IMG/VR virus record: IMGVR_UViG_3300037313_001869
Location: 256,001-320,000 of that record
Direction: 5' to 3' (one strand)
Origin: a virus
Taxonomy: Duplodnaviria > Caudoviricetes
DNA length: 64,000 bases
Part shown: positions 22,871 through 32,779 of the stretch, piece after piece
Layout: each line of letters begins with the position of its first letter
Numbering within the stretch: the stretch's first letter is position 1
Position numbers and translations under genes: made by a program
Notes under the pieces: model-generated
Told to the model about the DNA's origin: nothing
What the model saw: the letters and a program-made list of their open reading frames with translations, nothing else
Databases searched by the model: none

Positions 22871-24967
22871 ATGGGTCTTTCTCTTGGTCTTGGCGTAGGT
22901 TTGGCGACAGGGTTGGGCTCCTTCAAGGCACCCCCCGCCACCCTTAACATCGTCGTGGACGGTAACTCCATTGGGGCTGGGGTGAGCGGTTTTCCGCCCG
23001 GTACCCTCCTTGGCATCATGGTCGGCGAGACGGCCTGCGTCCCTACCGTGAGCACCATCGCGGTAGCTGGCCAGGCGACAACCGATCGCATCGCAGCCGC
23101 TCCGACGGACCTTCAGCCGCTCTACAACCCCGACGCTGACGCCAACGTAGCGTTTTTGATCGAAATCATCAACGATGCGGGGTCAGGCGACGCCGCAGCA
23201 TGTGCCGCCCACGTCGAAGAGTGGTGCGGCCTCGCTCGCAGCTACGGTTTCAAGGCCGTCGTCGTCCTGGGGTGCCACAGGGACAACGGCCCTGTCGGCA
23301 TCAACACAGTAATCGACGACGCAAACGCGCTCATCCGAACCGGTTGGAGATCATACGCCGACGGCATCGTGGACCCGATCCAGGACCCACGCCTCGCCAA
23401 CAACGAAGACGTGCGGTACTTCGCCCCGGACGGTGGCGCGTGGGTCCATTTGAATTTCAACGGCGACCTCATTCTCGCGTCGCTGATGATGACGAAGCTC
23501 CGCGCGATGTACGGCCTCCCGTTCACGCCGGGACAGCTCCCAGGGTGCCAATACTGTCTGACTGCCATCGACTCGTCGCGCATCTTCAATGCCTCTGGGG
23601 ACCCCATCTCGGACGGTGAGGATGTGGCTTCGGTCATCGGCTACGGCCTCCAGGCTGGCCCGTCTTCGAGAGCCACAGGCACGGGCTTCACCTACGAAGC
23701 AGCCGGTCTCGCCGGCAAGCCCTGCTTCTCCACCCCAGGCGGCATCGCCTACCTGGCCACCCCGACCGTCACCCGTTCTGAGATGTGCCGCGTGGTGATT
23801 GCCCGGTGGACCGGCACTGGCACCCTCATCAGCACCGAGGGCGGCTACGGCTATCTCGGCGGTGTGGTGCCCTACTCGACGTACTACTCCGACGGCAGTG
23901 TGGGATCGCAGTGGAACGCCGACGTACCCGACTACTACGTAAGCGAAACGAAGACGCAGAGCATCGTCCACCAGTATCGGGGGACGCGCACAAGCGAAGA
24001 GCTGCGCCTGAACTTGAGCCCGGTCTCTAAGAGTGCTGGTTTGTTGACGGATGATCCCTCGATCGTCGATGCCAACATGGGGCACTACCTGGGCGACGCG
24101 ACGTACGACATCGCCCCGGGCAAATACCTGCTCGATTATTTTGGGAACATCTGGCTGACGGACACAGAGCTGGAGCGTTTGCTCAACTACGTCACCGCCC
24201 AGGGGTACACGCTCAGCACCGACGCACCGGAGACCCCAGCCCCAGACGCAGCGGTCATGGCAGCGAGTCCCGCACTGTACCTCGATGCGGGCGATGAATC
24301 CCAGTTGTATAGCGACCTGGGTACTACGCTCGTCACCGGCTCCGGCGACCTGGTCCGGCAGATGAACGACAAGAGCGGCAGCGGGCACAACGCCACAGCG
24401 GTGGGAGACCCCAACCGGTTCGAGTACATCACCAACGTCCTCAATGGGCGTGGTGCTTGTCGCATCGACCCCACGGCGCGAGGTGGGCAGGGCAAGGCGC
24501 TCATGTTCAACATCGGCGCAACGGGAACGGGACTCCACCTCTTCCTCGTCTCCAAGCAGCCGAGCGCACCCAATGCCTGGGTCGGTCAGTTCGATCTATC
24601 CGACCCGGCCATCAGCGCCACGCACTTCCCCTACGCCGACGGCAACATCTACGACGGCACATGCTCCATCTCGCGTCATGTCATCGGCAACCCTGGCAGC
24701 TCGATCCCGGGCTTCTCATGGAACGCCTTCCACATCTACGAAGTAGAGGTATCGGCCACCGCTTGGACCGCACGCATGGACGGAGTGCAGCTCTACCAAG
24801 CTGCGGGGGACTTCCGAAATCTCGTGAGCGCCGGGCGTATCGGAGGTAACTCCTCGGGCTTTCAGTTCATGGACGGGTGGCTCGCGATGATGGTGATTTA
24901 CAACTATGCACTCGGTGCTAGTCGCACGGGGGTCTACAACAACATCAAGGCTATCTGCGGCCTTTGA
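22871..24967 (+). CDS. SGNH-hydrolase plus LamG-like protein (possible virion fibre or decoration)
   Basis: VDGNSI, ND and xxHLN SGNH-like blocks; YLDA..QMNDKSGSGHNAT LamG-type segment. Confidence 0.65.
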   Translation: MGLSLGLGVGLATGLGSFKAPPATLNIVVDGNSIGAGVSGFPPGTLLGIMVGETACVPTVSTIAVAGQATTDRIAAAPTDLQPLYNPDADANVAFLIEIINDAGSGDAAACAAHVEEWCGLARSYGFKAVVVLGCHRDNGPVGINTVIDDANALIRTGWRSYADGIVDPIQDPRLANNEDVRYFAPDGGAWVHLNFNGDLILASLMMTKLRAMYGLPFTPGQLPGCQYCLTAIDSSRIFNASGDPISDGEDVASVIGYGLQAGPSSRATGTGFTYEAAGLAGKPCFSTPGGIAYLATPTVTRSEMCRVVIARWTGTGTLISTEGGYGYLGGVVPYSTYYSDGSVGSQWNADVPDYYVSETKTQSIVHQYRGTRTSEELRLNLSPVSKSAGLLTDDPSIVDANMGHYLGDATYDIAPGKYLLDYFGNIWLTDTELERLLNYVTAQGYTLSTDAPETPAPDAAVMAASPALYLDAGDESQLYSDLGTTLVTGSGDLVRQMNDKSGSGHNATAVGDPNRFEYITNVLNGRGACRIDPTARGGQGKALMFNIGATGTGLHLFLVSKQPSAPNAWVGQFDLSDPAISATHFPYADGNIYDGTCSISRHVIGNPGSSIPGFSWNAFHIYEVEVSATAWTARMDGVQLYQAAGDFRNLVSAGRIGGNSSGFQFMDGWLAMMVIYNYALGASRTGVYNNIKAICGL

Positions 24968-25057
24968 GGCAGTAACCGTAGAGACCGCCCCCCTCTCGAA
25001 GTTGGGGGTGTACTTGCGAGAGTGGGTCAGCCAGCAAAATTTCGGTGTAACGAGAGC

Positions 25058-25774
25058 ATGGCGCTCTCTTCTGCCGTTTGCGATCTGATCGACGATGCCC
25101 TCCACAGCCGCCTGACAGACCGGACGGGGCCGAGCTTTCTTCCCGACCTCCGGAACCGGACGGTCTCGTCGTGGAAGGAGCTTTCGGGACCGCTCGCGAA
25201 CTCCCTCGAAGACTTCCACGCCTACTCGCCCGCGATCGTGATCACGAACGTCATCCGGCCCTTCATGATCGGCCGGCGCGAGCCCGTCTGGCCGCTCTTT
25301 CTTGGCCAGACCATCCAAGTCGCCGTCGAGAGCAAGGTCAGCAGCCGCGGTACCCACGACCCCGAGGTCCAGCAGAAGTGGAAGCGGTTCTCGACCGCCT
25401 GCGCGATGACCACGATGGAGCCCTCGGAAGGGTCGCCCTTCGCCCGCGCCGACGAGGCCGAGTTCATCGCAAGGAGCGTCGGAGACCTGCCGACGATCTG
25501 GACCGAGTACGTCAACCACGCCGTCCGGACCGTCGCAAAGACCTGGACCCACGGCCTACCGGTCTTCGTGCTGCTCTTCTCGGAGTGGCAGTTCGACCCG
25601 CGCCGGTACGATACGATGCGCCTGGCCATGCGGCCGTTCAACCACCCGAGGGTGCTCTACCTCGAAGCCCCCGAGATCCTGTCGGAGGAGGCGAAGCTCG
25701 GCTCACCGGACCGTACGCCACCCAGGCCGCACCCGAGCGAGGGGACGAGGTTCGGGCGCGAAGACCCGATCTGA
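25058..25774 (+). CDS. hypothetical protein with C-terminal TRFGREDPI
   Basis: CGGTGTA-N8-ATG upstream. Confidence 0.65.
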   Translation: MALSSAVCDLIDDALHSRLTDRTGPSFLPDLRNRTVSSWKELSGPLANSLEDFHAYSPAIVITNVIRPFMIGRREPVWPLFLGQTIQVAVESKVSSRGTHDPEVQQKWKRFSTACAMTTMEPSEGSPFARADEAEFIARSVGDLPTIWTEYVNHAVRTVAKTWTHGLPVFVLLFSEWQFDPRRYDTMRLAMRPFNHPRVLYLEAPEILSEEAKLGSPDRTPPRPHPSEGTRFGREDPI

Positions 25775-25775
25775 G

Positions 25776-25848
25776 AGTCGAGGGTGGGAATCGAACCCAC
25801 GAATACCAGGGTTGCAAGCTGGCCCCTTTGCCATTTGGGTACCTCGAC
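25776..25848 (-). tRNA. tRNA-Cys(GCA)
   Basis: loop TTGCAAC, U73. Confidence 0.85.
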
Positions 25849-26194
25849 AGAAAACTACACACAACCGTGCCGGGCAAAGGCCCGCTGAAGGGCGATGACC
25901 TTCCAGTCCTCGGGCTCGGAGCTGTCACGGTACAGCTCGTGCCAGATGATATAAAGCTCGGTGAGGGTCGCCTGCCGGACGTGCCGGAGAAACTCCAGGT
26001 CCTTCAGGCGGTCCCATTCCGCAGGCGTCATGTACGGATCGTACACCGACGAAAAGAGGCGCGGCGACAAGGGGTTGCACAGTCCAGGTTTGGCAGGTGG
26101 GGTCGGGCGCGAGTCCGACATCTCCGGAGGTTCAGCCCCGGCGCCTTGCACTTAGGCGACCCATCTAGGGTAGACCATGCTTCATTCGCTACGC

Positions 26195-26268
26195 TGGAGC
26201 GGGCCGCGGGAGTCGAACCCGCCTGGACAGGGTGGAAGCCTGTAGCCTAACCGATCGGCCAGGCCCGC
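26195..26268 (-). tRNA. tRNA-Gly(TCC)
   Basis: loop CTTCCAC, CCA. Confidence 0.88.
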
Positions 26269-26294
26269 AAATGATTTTATGGGGTTTCACGAGC

Positions 26295-26948
26295 ATGACC
26301 CCCTCTGTCATGCGCGTTGTCGCCCGCTACGTCCTCGCCGCCGGCATCCCCCTGGGCGAAACCGTGGAGTTCGGGTCCGTTCGTATCCACCGCTACGCCG
26401 ATCACTTCCAGGTCACCGACCTGACCTTCGCTGGCAAGCGGGGCAAGAAGGTCCGGCTGATGAACATCTCGCCGACGTACGCTTACAAGGGCGACAAGAG
26501 CGGGTGGATGGACCGGGTCGGCGACGCCATGTCGGACTACCGGTCCTACGATCAGGTGAAGGGCTTCATCAAGGACATGCTCGCCGACTTCCCGGGGGAG
26601 ATCAGCATCAACGAATACGAGACCCGGGGCGTGGACGTGAACCCCGGCGGCTCCGAGCGCATCTCGATCAAGACGCCGAACGGCATCGAGATCAACGCCC
26701 TGCCCGACAACTTCGGTCTGGTCTTCTCCTACGACATCCCAGACCCCGAGGACCCCGACCGGCCCGCCAACGACAGCGCCGGCAAGTCCTACCGAGGCCA
26801 GGACACGCTCTACTACCCGAAGAGCAAGAAGGACGCGGCCGTCTTCTACAACTGGCTCAAGGCCAACCGGGCCGAGGTCCAGAAGATGACCATCCAGGAC
26901 TTCCGCAAGCTCTGGGACACGCTCGGCGTTCGCTTCGATTACCACTGA
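26295..26948 (+). CDS. RVAR-motif hypothetical protein
   Basis: MTPSVMRVVARY; TTTTAT upstream. Confidence 0.75.
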   Translation: MTPSVMRVVARYVLAAGIPLGETVEFGSVRIHRYADHFQVTDLTFAGKRGKKVRLMNISPTYAYKGDKSGWMDRVGDAMSDYRSYDQVKGFIKDMLADFPGEISINEYETRGVDVNPGGSERISIKTPNGIEINALPDNFGLVFSYDIPDPEDPDRPANDSAGKSYRGQDTLYYPKSKKDAAVFYNWLKANRAEVQKMTIQDFRKLWDTLGVRFDYH

Positions 26949-26951
26949 GAC

Positions 26952-27209
26952 TCAGAGGTCATCCTCGCCACAGATCGAGCACATGCTGCCGAACATGCCG
27001 AGGTGACCCCAGGCGCTCCGACCATCCTTGTGCCGATGCGTGCAGCTCTTCCGAAGGGTAGCTAGCCTCTCGACGAGGACCTTGTCCTCGTCGTGCAGGG
27101 ACCGTTGCTGCTCGCTGATCTGACGCCGCCTGGCCACGAGGGCCTCTAGCTCGTCGATCGTATCCTCTTGCGAGTGCTGCCCGATCCGATCGAAGCGCGT
27201 GAGAACCAT
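26952..27209 (-). CDS. hypothetical Zn-binding protein
   Basis: MVLTRFDR; CTH...CSIC; CGGTGTA-N10-ATG. Confidence 0.65.
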   Translation of the reverse strand: MVLTRFDRIGQHSQEDTIDELEALVARRRQISEQQRSLHDEDKVLVERLATLRKSCTHRHKDGRSAWGHLGMFGSMCSICGEDDL

Positions 27210-27254
27210 GCGCCCGATTTACACCGGCAGATCCTCCTATGCCCGAGCCTTGGC

Positions 27255-27533
27255 ATGAACAAGGATCTCGCCAGCAAGCTTGGCCTGGCGCTCATCGCCG
27301 CCACGATCATCGCCATCGGCCTCGGCATGTTGCGCTGGAACGGCAAGGGCAAGTACCTCGGCCCTTCGGATGGAGGCGTCGAGCCCTTCCCGACGGACCT
27401 CGTGCCGACGCTCAACGCTCCGGCCCCCTCCGCCCCTCCGGCCCCCTCCGCGAGCGCCCCGGCCGTCCACGCGGTCGAGTGCGACCTTCAGCACCAAACC
27501 ACGCCGGGCCTCTACGACTGCGACCTCCGCTTA
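27255..27533 (+). CDS. membrane-anchored small protein; ends at TTA
   Basis: N-terminal TM helix, Pro/Ala linker; TTA opposite a convergent TAA. Confidence 0.65.
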
Positions 27534-27806
27534 GCGGTTGTGGTCCTTCAGCTCGGCGATCGAGTAGATCCCGCTCATCCAGAGCGAAGCCTGGATGAAG
27601 CCGAGCCACCGCTGGACCTTGTCCCACTTGCCGGCTTCGAGCAGCTTGAGCGCCTCCTCGCACATGAAGAGGGTGTGGGCGAGAGCGGCGCCGCTCGTCG
27701 GGCAGACCGTTTCGGGGCTGATGCGTACGGGCTCGACCCCGTACTTCCGAAGACGGTCGGCGTAGGACGTGAGAGCGGAGCGAACCTGGTCGGGCGTCAT
27801 GTCCAA
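27531..27806 (-). CDS. hypothetical protein
   Basis: KVQRWLGFIQ...LKDHNR. Confidence 0.7.
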   Translation of the reverse strand: MDMTPDQVRSALTSYADRLRKYGVEPVRISPETVCPTSGAALAHTLFMCEEALKLLEAGKWDKVQRWLGFIQASLWMSGIYSIAELKDHNR

Positions 27807-27812
27807 CCCCTA

Positions 27813-28745
27813 TCACTCAGAAACCAAAGATTCCAGAAGATCCCCGAGGGAAGGGGCCTGCAAGGCTTCGAGACGATCTTGGCTGTAACGGGCCCAGTGG
27901 GGGGACATGTCACAGCCCCAGAATGCCCGACCCAGTTGAAGGGCCGCTTCTCCGGTCGAGCCCCCGCCCATGAAGCAGTCCAGAACTACGTCCCCAGGCC
28001 GGCTAGAGGCTTCGATGATACGGCTCAGAAGGCTCTTCGGCTTCTCGCACGGGTGCTTGCCTCGGTAGGGTCGAACGGTCTCGAAAGACCAGGCATCCGT
28101 AAAGCCGCCCTCGGGCGCCTGAAAAGGTCGGATGCCCTCTTCCCACGGGGGCAGCCTCAAGACCTCGCGCAGCCGCTCGTATTGCTCCCTGGTAGGGGTG
28201 TTGAGACCGGCTTCCCAGTTCGACACCGCCCCGCCGTGGTTCACCTTGCCGTAGGCCCCGATACGTTCGGTCAAGTCCTTGGCCGAGAGGCCCGACTCGG
28301 CGCGAGCGACCTTCAGCAAGCTGGCAAAGCCGGAGCTTTGCTCCGCGAAGATCAGCCTCTCGGTGTCGTCGTACCAGCTACGTAGCGAAGCCTTGGAGCA
28401 TTTTTTCTTCCACCCATCGAACCCGGGCGGGCTCGTCTTGCACCACACGATATGGTTGAGGACGTGAAAGCGCTCGCTCAACATCAGCTCTACCCGCCCT
28501 GCCATACGGGGAGAGGCGAAGCAGTAGAGCGACCCGTTCGGGACAAGTACCCTGCGCCACTCGTCGGCGACCGTCGACAGCCAAGCAAGGAACGACGTGG
28601 GGTCATCCCACTGCTGGTCCCAGGGCTCGTCCTTCACCCGGAAGTAAGGAGGGTCGGTACAGATCAGGTGGACGGAGTGGCGGGGCAGAGACCGCAGAAA
28701 ATCCAGGCAATCGGACTCGACGCACCGAAATACAGCCTGCTCCAT
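27813..28745 (-). CDS. DNA methyltransferase with internal XRE-HTH
   Basis: TDPPY, VSNWEAG, HPCEKP, DCFMGGGSTG. Confidence 0.88.
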   Translation of the reverse strand: MEQAVFRCVESDCLDFLRSLPRHSVHLICTDPPYFRVKDEPWDQQWDDPTSFLAWLSTVADEWRRVLVPNGSLYCFASPRMAGRVELMLSERFHVLNHIVWCKTSPPGFDGWKKKCSKASLRSWYDDTERLIFAEQSSGFASLLKVARAESGLSAKDLTERIGAYGKVNHGGAVSNWEAGLNTPTREQYERLREVLRLPPWEEGIRPFQAPEGGFTDAWSFETVRPYRGKHPCEKPKSLLSRIIEASSRPGDVVLDCFMGGGSTGEAALQLGRAFWGCDMSPHWARYSQDRLEALQAPSLGDLLESLVSE

Positions 28746-28779
28746 CGGAAGCCCGACGATAGCAGAATTTCGAGTCTTG

Positions 28780-28852
28780 TGGTGGAGGTAAAGGGAGTCG
28801 AACCCTTCTGCACCTGCTTGCAAAGCAAGGCCGTCGCCCGCGACATACCCCC
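28780..28852 (-). tRNA. tRNA-Ala(TGC)
   Basis: G3.U70, loop TTTGCAA, CCA. Confidence 0.85.
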
Positions 28853-29047
28853 GATATAGCGGCACAAGGCCGCTTCGATCTTCGATCAGGTCAGCCGAGA
28901 AGGACCTTTGCCCCTCCCACGGCTACAAGGCGTGTACGTGGCCCGGTAGCTGGCCCCTTACGGGGCGTGACCCTCGGGGGATCTCGAAGAGACCTCCCCC
29001 GGCGTCCGACAGGCAAGCAAGTTGCCTGGGTCCACACGAAGAATCTA

Positions 29048-29121
29048 GCGCCCCCGCGAGGAGTCGAACCTACGCACGACAGGTTTCGTAGACCTGCGCT
29101 GGCATCCGGCCAGACGGGGGC
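29048..29121 (-). tRNA. tRNA-Arg(ACG)
   Basis: loop CTACGAA. Confidence 0.83.
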
Positions 29122-29126
29122 ATACT

Positions 29127-29753
29127 TCATGAAAAAATCTGACGAAACGTGAGGTTGACCCTCGCGCCCACGGGCGCCTTGGTTTTGGGAACCTCGTGCA
29201 ACCAATGTGCCTGGGTGCTGCCGCCCATGAGGAGCAGGCCCCCATCGGTGAGGTCGATGGCTACCTTGCGGCCCTTCTCCCGGGCGTGCCGGAGAACGAA
29301 GCGCCGGGTGGACCCGAGCGAAAGCGAAGCGATCTGGGGCATCGGGCCCAGCTCCCGCTCGTCGTCGGCGTGCAGGCCGATCGAGTCGCGGCCGTCGCGG
29401 TAGAGGTTCCCGAGGCAGCTATTCCACGGGTGACCCGTCTCCTCGCGGAGCTGGCCCAAGATTGGCAGGAGCGCCGGGGCCCACGCGAGCGGGGTGAACG
29501 AGCGGCCCGAGTACCGGTAGGTCTTGCCCGGGTCGCCGTACCACGCCGTGAGACGCGGCTGCATGATCTCCCGGCCCATGATCCGGATGGGTACCTGGTC
29601 CCAGGCCATCCCGTCCCGGAGGCTGTCGACCGTGACGCCGAGGCCCCGGGCCCGCACCCAGAACGGGTGGAAGGCGAGCCAGGCGCCGTCGCCGAGGTCC
29701 GTCATCTGGAAGCCCCCGGCCTCGGCCAGCCTCTTGCGCATGTCGGTGGTCAT
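29127..29753 (-). CDS. alkB: AlkB-family 2OG-Fe(II) dioxygenase
   Basis: PRLTAWYG, NLYRDGRDSIGLHADDE, HEVPK, RVNLTFR. Confidence 0.9.
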   Translation of the reverse strand: MTTDMRKRLAEAGGFQMTDLGDGAWLAFHPFWVRARGLGVTVDSLRDGMAWDQVPIRIMGREIMQPRLTAWYGDPGKTYRYSGRSFTPLAWAPALLPILGQLREETGHPWNSCLGNLYRDGRDSIGLHADDERELGPMPQIASLSLGSTRRFVLRHAREKGRKVAIDLTDGGLLLMGGSTQAHWLHEVPKTKAPVGARVNLTFRQIFS

Positions 29754-30052
29754 CAGCGCTTCTCCTCGGACTTCTGAAGCTCGGCGTTCTCGCGCGCCGC
29801 CCGCATCGTATCGAGGGCCCGATCCTTGCGGCTGTAGTTGGTCGACCCGCTCCAGAGCGACTTGCCGCCCTTCGAGGGGAAGAGCGAGATGACCACCCCG
29901 CCCTCATCCCCCTCCTCGCTGTACTCGTACAGCTCGAACTGGATCTCGCAGTCTCGCCAGATCCAGATCGTGCCCTCGGCCCCCGTGCCCTCCGCGAGGA
30001 TGGAATCTCGGACCTCGCCCATCGTCGTCTTGCTGGTCAGCTTGCGTTCCAT
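29753..30052 (-). CDS. hypothetical protein
   Basis: TGATG coupling to alkB. Confidence 0.6.
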   Translation of the reverse strand: MERKLTSKTTMGEVRDSILAEGTGAEGTIWIWRDCEIQFELYEYSEEGDEGGVVISLFPSKGGKSLWSGSTNYSRKDRALDTMRAARENAELQKSEEKR

Positions 30053-30164
30053 GCCCCCAAGACGGGCGAGGGTAGGGCTTTTTTCCAAGATAACGGGCGC
30101 GTCCTCCTCCTAGACGATCGGGGCCTTTCGGCCCCGAGCAGGATTCGCACCTGCGCACACCCTC

Positions 30165-30237
30165 GTGGAGCTGAGGGGAGTCGAACCCCTGTCTACGCAC
30201 TGCCAGCGCGTTGCTCTCCCAGTTGAGCTACAGCCCC
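30165..30237 (-). tRNA. tRNA-Ala(GGC)
   Basis: GGGGCTGTAGCTCA, G3.U70. Confidence 0.9.
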
Positions 30238-30283
30238 GTGATGAGAAGCGAGGGGGCCTCTCTTGGCCCCCTCGCGGCGTTTC

Positions 30284-30379
30284 TAACCCCTTGCGGTTTC
30301 GGTAAACCCGACGCCAGCAGGGACGGCACATGTAGCCCCGTCCGAGCAAGGCGCTGGCGAGCTGGCAGAACTTGCACAT
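30284..30379 (-). CDS. tiny Cys-rich protein; ends at TTA
   Basis: AGGAGG SD, CKFC..CRPC; the standard code would run into tRNA-Ala. Confidence 0.5.
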
Positions 30380-30464
30380 CTCGACCACCTCCTTTCTTCA
30401 AGGAAAGGAGGCTTACGAGGGCGCGGGGTCGACGTTCATGCCGGCGACAGACGCCGCCTAGGGC

Positions 30465-30854
30465 TCAGCCCTGACGGGTCTTGCGTTCGATCGATTCGGC
30501 CGCCGCGACGGCGAGGGCGGCGATCTGGACGAGAAGCTTTCGCTGCTTCGCCGGATCGGTCTCAGCACAGAAGAGCGACCCGTTCTTCTGCTCGATGTAG
30601 TGGACCCACTCGCCCACCGTGTGCTCGTCGTCGTGAGACGGGCCGCCCCACTTCTCGTCCTGGGCAAGACGCTCGGCCTCGACCTCGGCGTAGAGCTTCT
30701 GCCGAGCCTGCGGGTCGGAGGTCTTCGGCGTGGGGGCTTCCGGCTGGGCTTCGGCCTCGGCGGCCTTGTCCTTCTTGCCGAAGATGGCGTCCCAGTTGTC
30801 TCGGTAGGGCTTCGAGCCCACGGCCACGTTGAAGGTCTTTTCGAGGTATTGCAT
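30465..30854 (-). CDS. MazG-like NTP pyrophosphatase-fold protein
   Basis: ERLAQDEKWG...LVQIAALAVAAAE. Confidence 0.55.
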   Translation of the reverse strand: MQYLEKTFNVAVGSKPYRDNWDAIFGKKDKAAEAEAQPEAPTPKTSDPQARQKLYAEVEAERLAQDEKWGGPSHDDEHTVGEWVHYIEQKNGSLFCAETDPAKQRKLLVQIAALAVAAAESIERKTRQG

Positions 30855-30878
30855 CGTGCGGGTACCGTACACCGCGTC

Positions 30879-30951
30879 GTGGAGCTAGCCGGGGTCGAAC
30901 CGGCGTCTCTACCGTGCGAGGGTAGCGCTCTCCCGGTTGAGCTATAGCCCC
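30879..30951 (-). tRNA. tRNA-Ala(CGC)
   Basis: loop CTCGCAC, G3.U70. Confidence 0.9.
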
Positions 30952-30955
30952 GGGA

Positions 30956-31570
30956 TCAGAGAAGACCGTCTTTGGTGAGCTGCGCCTCGACCTGCCCCAT
31001 GTAGAAGAGTCGCTCGTCCTTGGCGTCGGCGCCGATGGCGTCCATCAGAAGCCCCCGGGCCGCCTCGGCGTAGTCATACCGCTCGATCACCTTGTAGACC
31101 TTCTGGATGACCGAGACGGGCGCGAGCTTCGGCTTGGCCTCGGCTGCCTTCCAGGCGTCGAGGAGCTTGCGAGCCTCTCGCTTGGTCTTGCCATTGAGAT
31201 CGCCCTTGCCGTAGTACCAGTGCTGCCACCAGTCGTGAGGGTCGATCCCCTGCAAGAGCTTCTTCCAGAACGGGTGAACCGAGAGCTTCGAGGGAGGGAG
31301 CACCTTGAAGCTCGTGTAGTTGTACTCGTCCGGGCTCTCCGAGATGGCCGCGATCTCGGCATCGTCGTAGGCTTCCAGCCCGTACGGGTACGTGCTCGGA
31401 TGCCTGTCTTGCATCTCGGGCAGGTTGAAATACGAAGCCATCCGGGCCTCGTCCTCGTTCGGGAAGGGCCCGTAGAGCACAACCGCGTCGCCCTTGCGCC
31501 GAACGATGTAGGGCTTGTCGTTGTATGCCCTGAGAAACCTGCGGGCGATCTTGAGAGCGAGCGGGTCCAT
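30956..31570 (-). CDS. RVAR-motif hypothetical protein
   Basis: MDPLALKIARRF; CTTAT upstream. Confidence 0.75.
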   Translation of the reverse strand: MDPLALKIARRFLRAYNDKPYIVRRKGDAVVLYGPFPNEDEARMASYFNLPEMQDRHPSTYPYGLEAYDDAEIAAISESPDEYNYTSFKVLPPSKLSVHPFWKKLLQGIDPHDWWQHWYYGKGDLNGKTKREARKLLDAWKAAEAKPKLAPVSVIQKVYKVIERYDYAEAARGLLMDAIGADAKDERLFYMGQVEAQLTKDGLL

Positions 31571-31597
31571 CACCGAAAGGTGACGTATAAGTGCTTG

Positions 31598-31673
31598 TGG
31601 ATGGGGTGGCAGGGATCGAACCTGCATCAGCCTGGATCAAAGCCAGGTGCCCTGCCAGTTGGACTACACCCCA
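31598..31673 (-). tRNA. tRNA-Gln(TTG)
   Basis: loop CTTTGAT. Confidence 0.87.
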
Positions 31674-31981
31674 GTGAATCTGCGGAGCCGGGCCATGGTG
31701 GCCACGGCGACCTTGCGCATTTCGGGCTTGTGCCCGGTGGCAAGAAGTGTCTTGTACTGCCGCTCGACCCGAGCGTACTGACCCTCATCGTGGATCAGGC
31801 CGAGCCGCTTCTGGGCCCGAGCTATCGCCACCTTCTTCCAGGAAGGGGCCCCCTTGTGGTGGAAGCGCTTCGCCAGGGACTCGATGGTCGAGACCGTCGC
31901 AGCCCGCACTTCCCCCAGAAAGGCTAGGTCGTCCTCGATCCCTTTCATCTTCCCGACGTGGCTCCACTTGCGACTGGTCAT
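31664..31981 (-). CDS. hypothetical protein
   Basis: shares WKxVAIxRA with ORF 25855-26151. Confidence 0.5.
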   Translation of the reverse strand: MTSRKWSHVGKMKGIEDDLAFLGEVRAATVSTIESLAKRFHHKGAPSWKKVAIARAQKRLGLIHDEGQYARVERQYKTLLATGHKPEMRKVAVATMARLRRFTGV

Positions 31982-32161
31982 CGCCGTGGGGGATCATACA
32001 CCCGCGAAGCTCTGCCCTGGCAACTTCTTGGTTCTCTGCGAGGCCCACGGCAAAAGGGCTGCTCCAGAAAGCCTCGTCCGCCATCTCCGCGTCGATCTGC
32101 TCCCACATCGCAGCGAGGTCGTCCTCGGTGGGGTACTCATCGATGGCGAAGTAACGAGGCA

Positions 32162-32237
32162 TGGTGGACCCACGGGGATTTGAACCCCGATCGACCGGGT
32201 AAGAACCGGCTGCTCTACGCTGTTGAGCTATAGGTCC
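32162..32237 (-). tRNA. tRNA-Lys(CTT)
   Basis: loop TTCTTAC, CCA. Confidence 0.88.
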
Positions 32238-32238
32238 G

Positions 32239-32314
32239 TGGTTGGGGTGCTAGGACTCGAACCTAGACTTGGACGGCATCAGAAACCGTTGCCCTACCAT
32301 TAGGCGACACCCCA
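32239..32314 (-). tRNA. tRNA-Gln(CTG)
   Basis: loop TTCTGAT, CCA. Confidence 0.87.
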
Positions 32315-32362
32315 AGAACTTCACAAAGATACACGGCGCCGGCCTGGCTGTCCAGACCGTTG

Positions 32363-32437
32363 TGGCGCCCCCGAAGGGAATCGAACCCTCCTCGACGGAT
32401 CGACAATCCGCTCGCCTCACCAGATGCGTACGGGGGC
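32363..32437 (-). tRNA. tRNA-Asp(GTC)
   Basis: loop TTGTCGA, GCCA. Confidence 0.87.
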
Positions 32438-32440
32438 AAA

Positions 32441-32677
32441 CTACTTGATGCGAGCCTTCGTGGTCGACACCTCGACCATACGCAGCTCGACGATCTCCCA
32501 GGTGGCGGGGATCTTCTTCGCCTCGCCGGGGTACTGACCCCGGCAGTAGAGCTTCAGATGGGCATCGATCTGCTGCTTCGAGGTCCAAGCCTTGCCGGTC
32601 TTCGTCCACGAGGGGCAGTACCCACCCGTGGAAAACAAGCCGGTCTTGGTGTCTCGGATCTTGAAGATGCTGTCCAT
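32441..32677 (-). CDS. hypothetical protein
   Basis: FKIRDTKTGLFSTGG; TGGTGTA-N10-ATG. Confidence 0.65.
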   Translation of the reverse strand: MDSIFKIRDTKTGLFSTGGYCPSWTKTGKAWTSKQQIDAHLKLYCRGQYPGEAKKIPATWEIVELRMVEVSTTKARIK

Positions 32678-32695
32678 CCTCAAGCTATACACCAA

Positions 32696-32774
32696 TGGCG
32701 CAGCGTACGGGATTTGAACCCGTGGTCTTCACCGTGACAGGGTGACGGGGACGGCCAGACTCCCCTAACGCTGC
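32696..32774 (-). tRNA. tRNA-Asp(GTC)
   Basis: loop CTGTCAC, GCCA. Confidence 0.9.
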
Positions 32775-32779
32775 AAGTT

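Noticed and set aside
30118-30162. T-arm-like hairpin GCAGGTGCGAATCCTGC as an extra tRNA
   Set aside because: No D arm, anticodon arm or acceptor stem.
31785-32162. ORF overlapping the next gene without any TTA, as a hint of a further reassigned codon
   Set aside because: Single case with no candidate codon shared with other overlaps such as 58817-58884; may be a spurious or frameshifted ORF.
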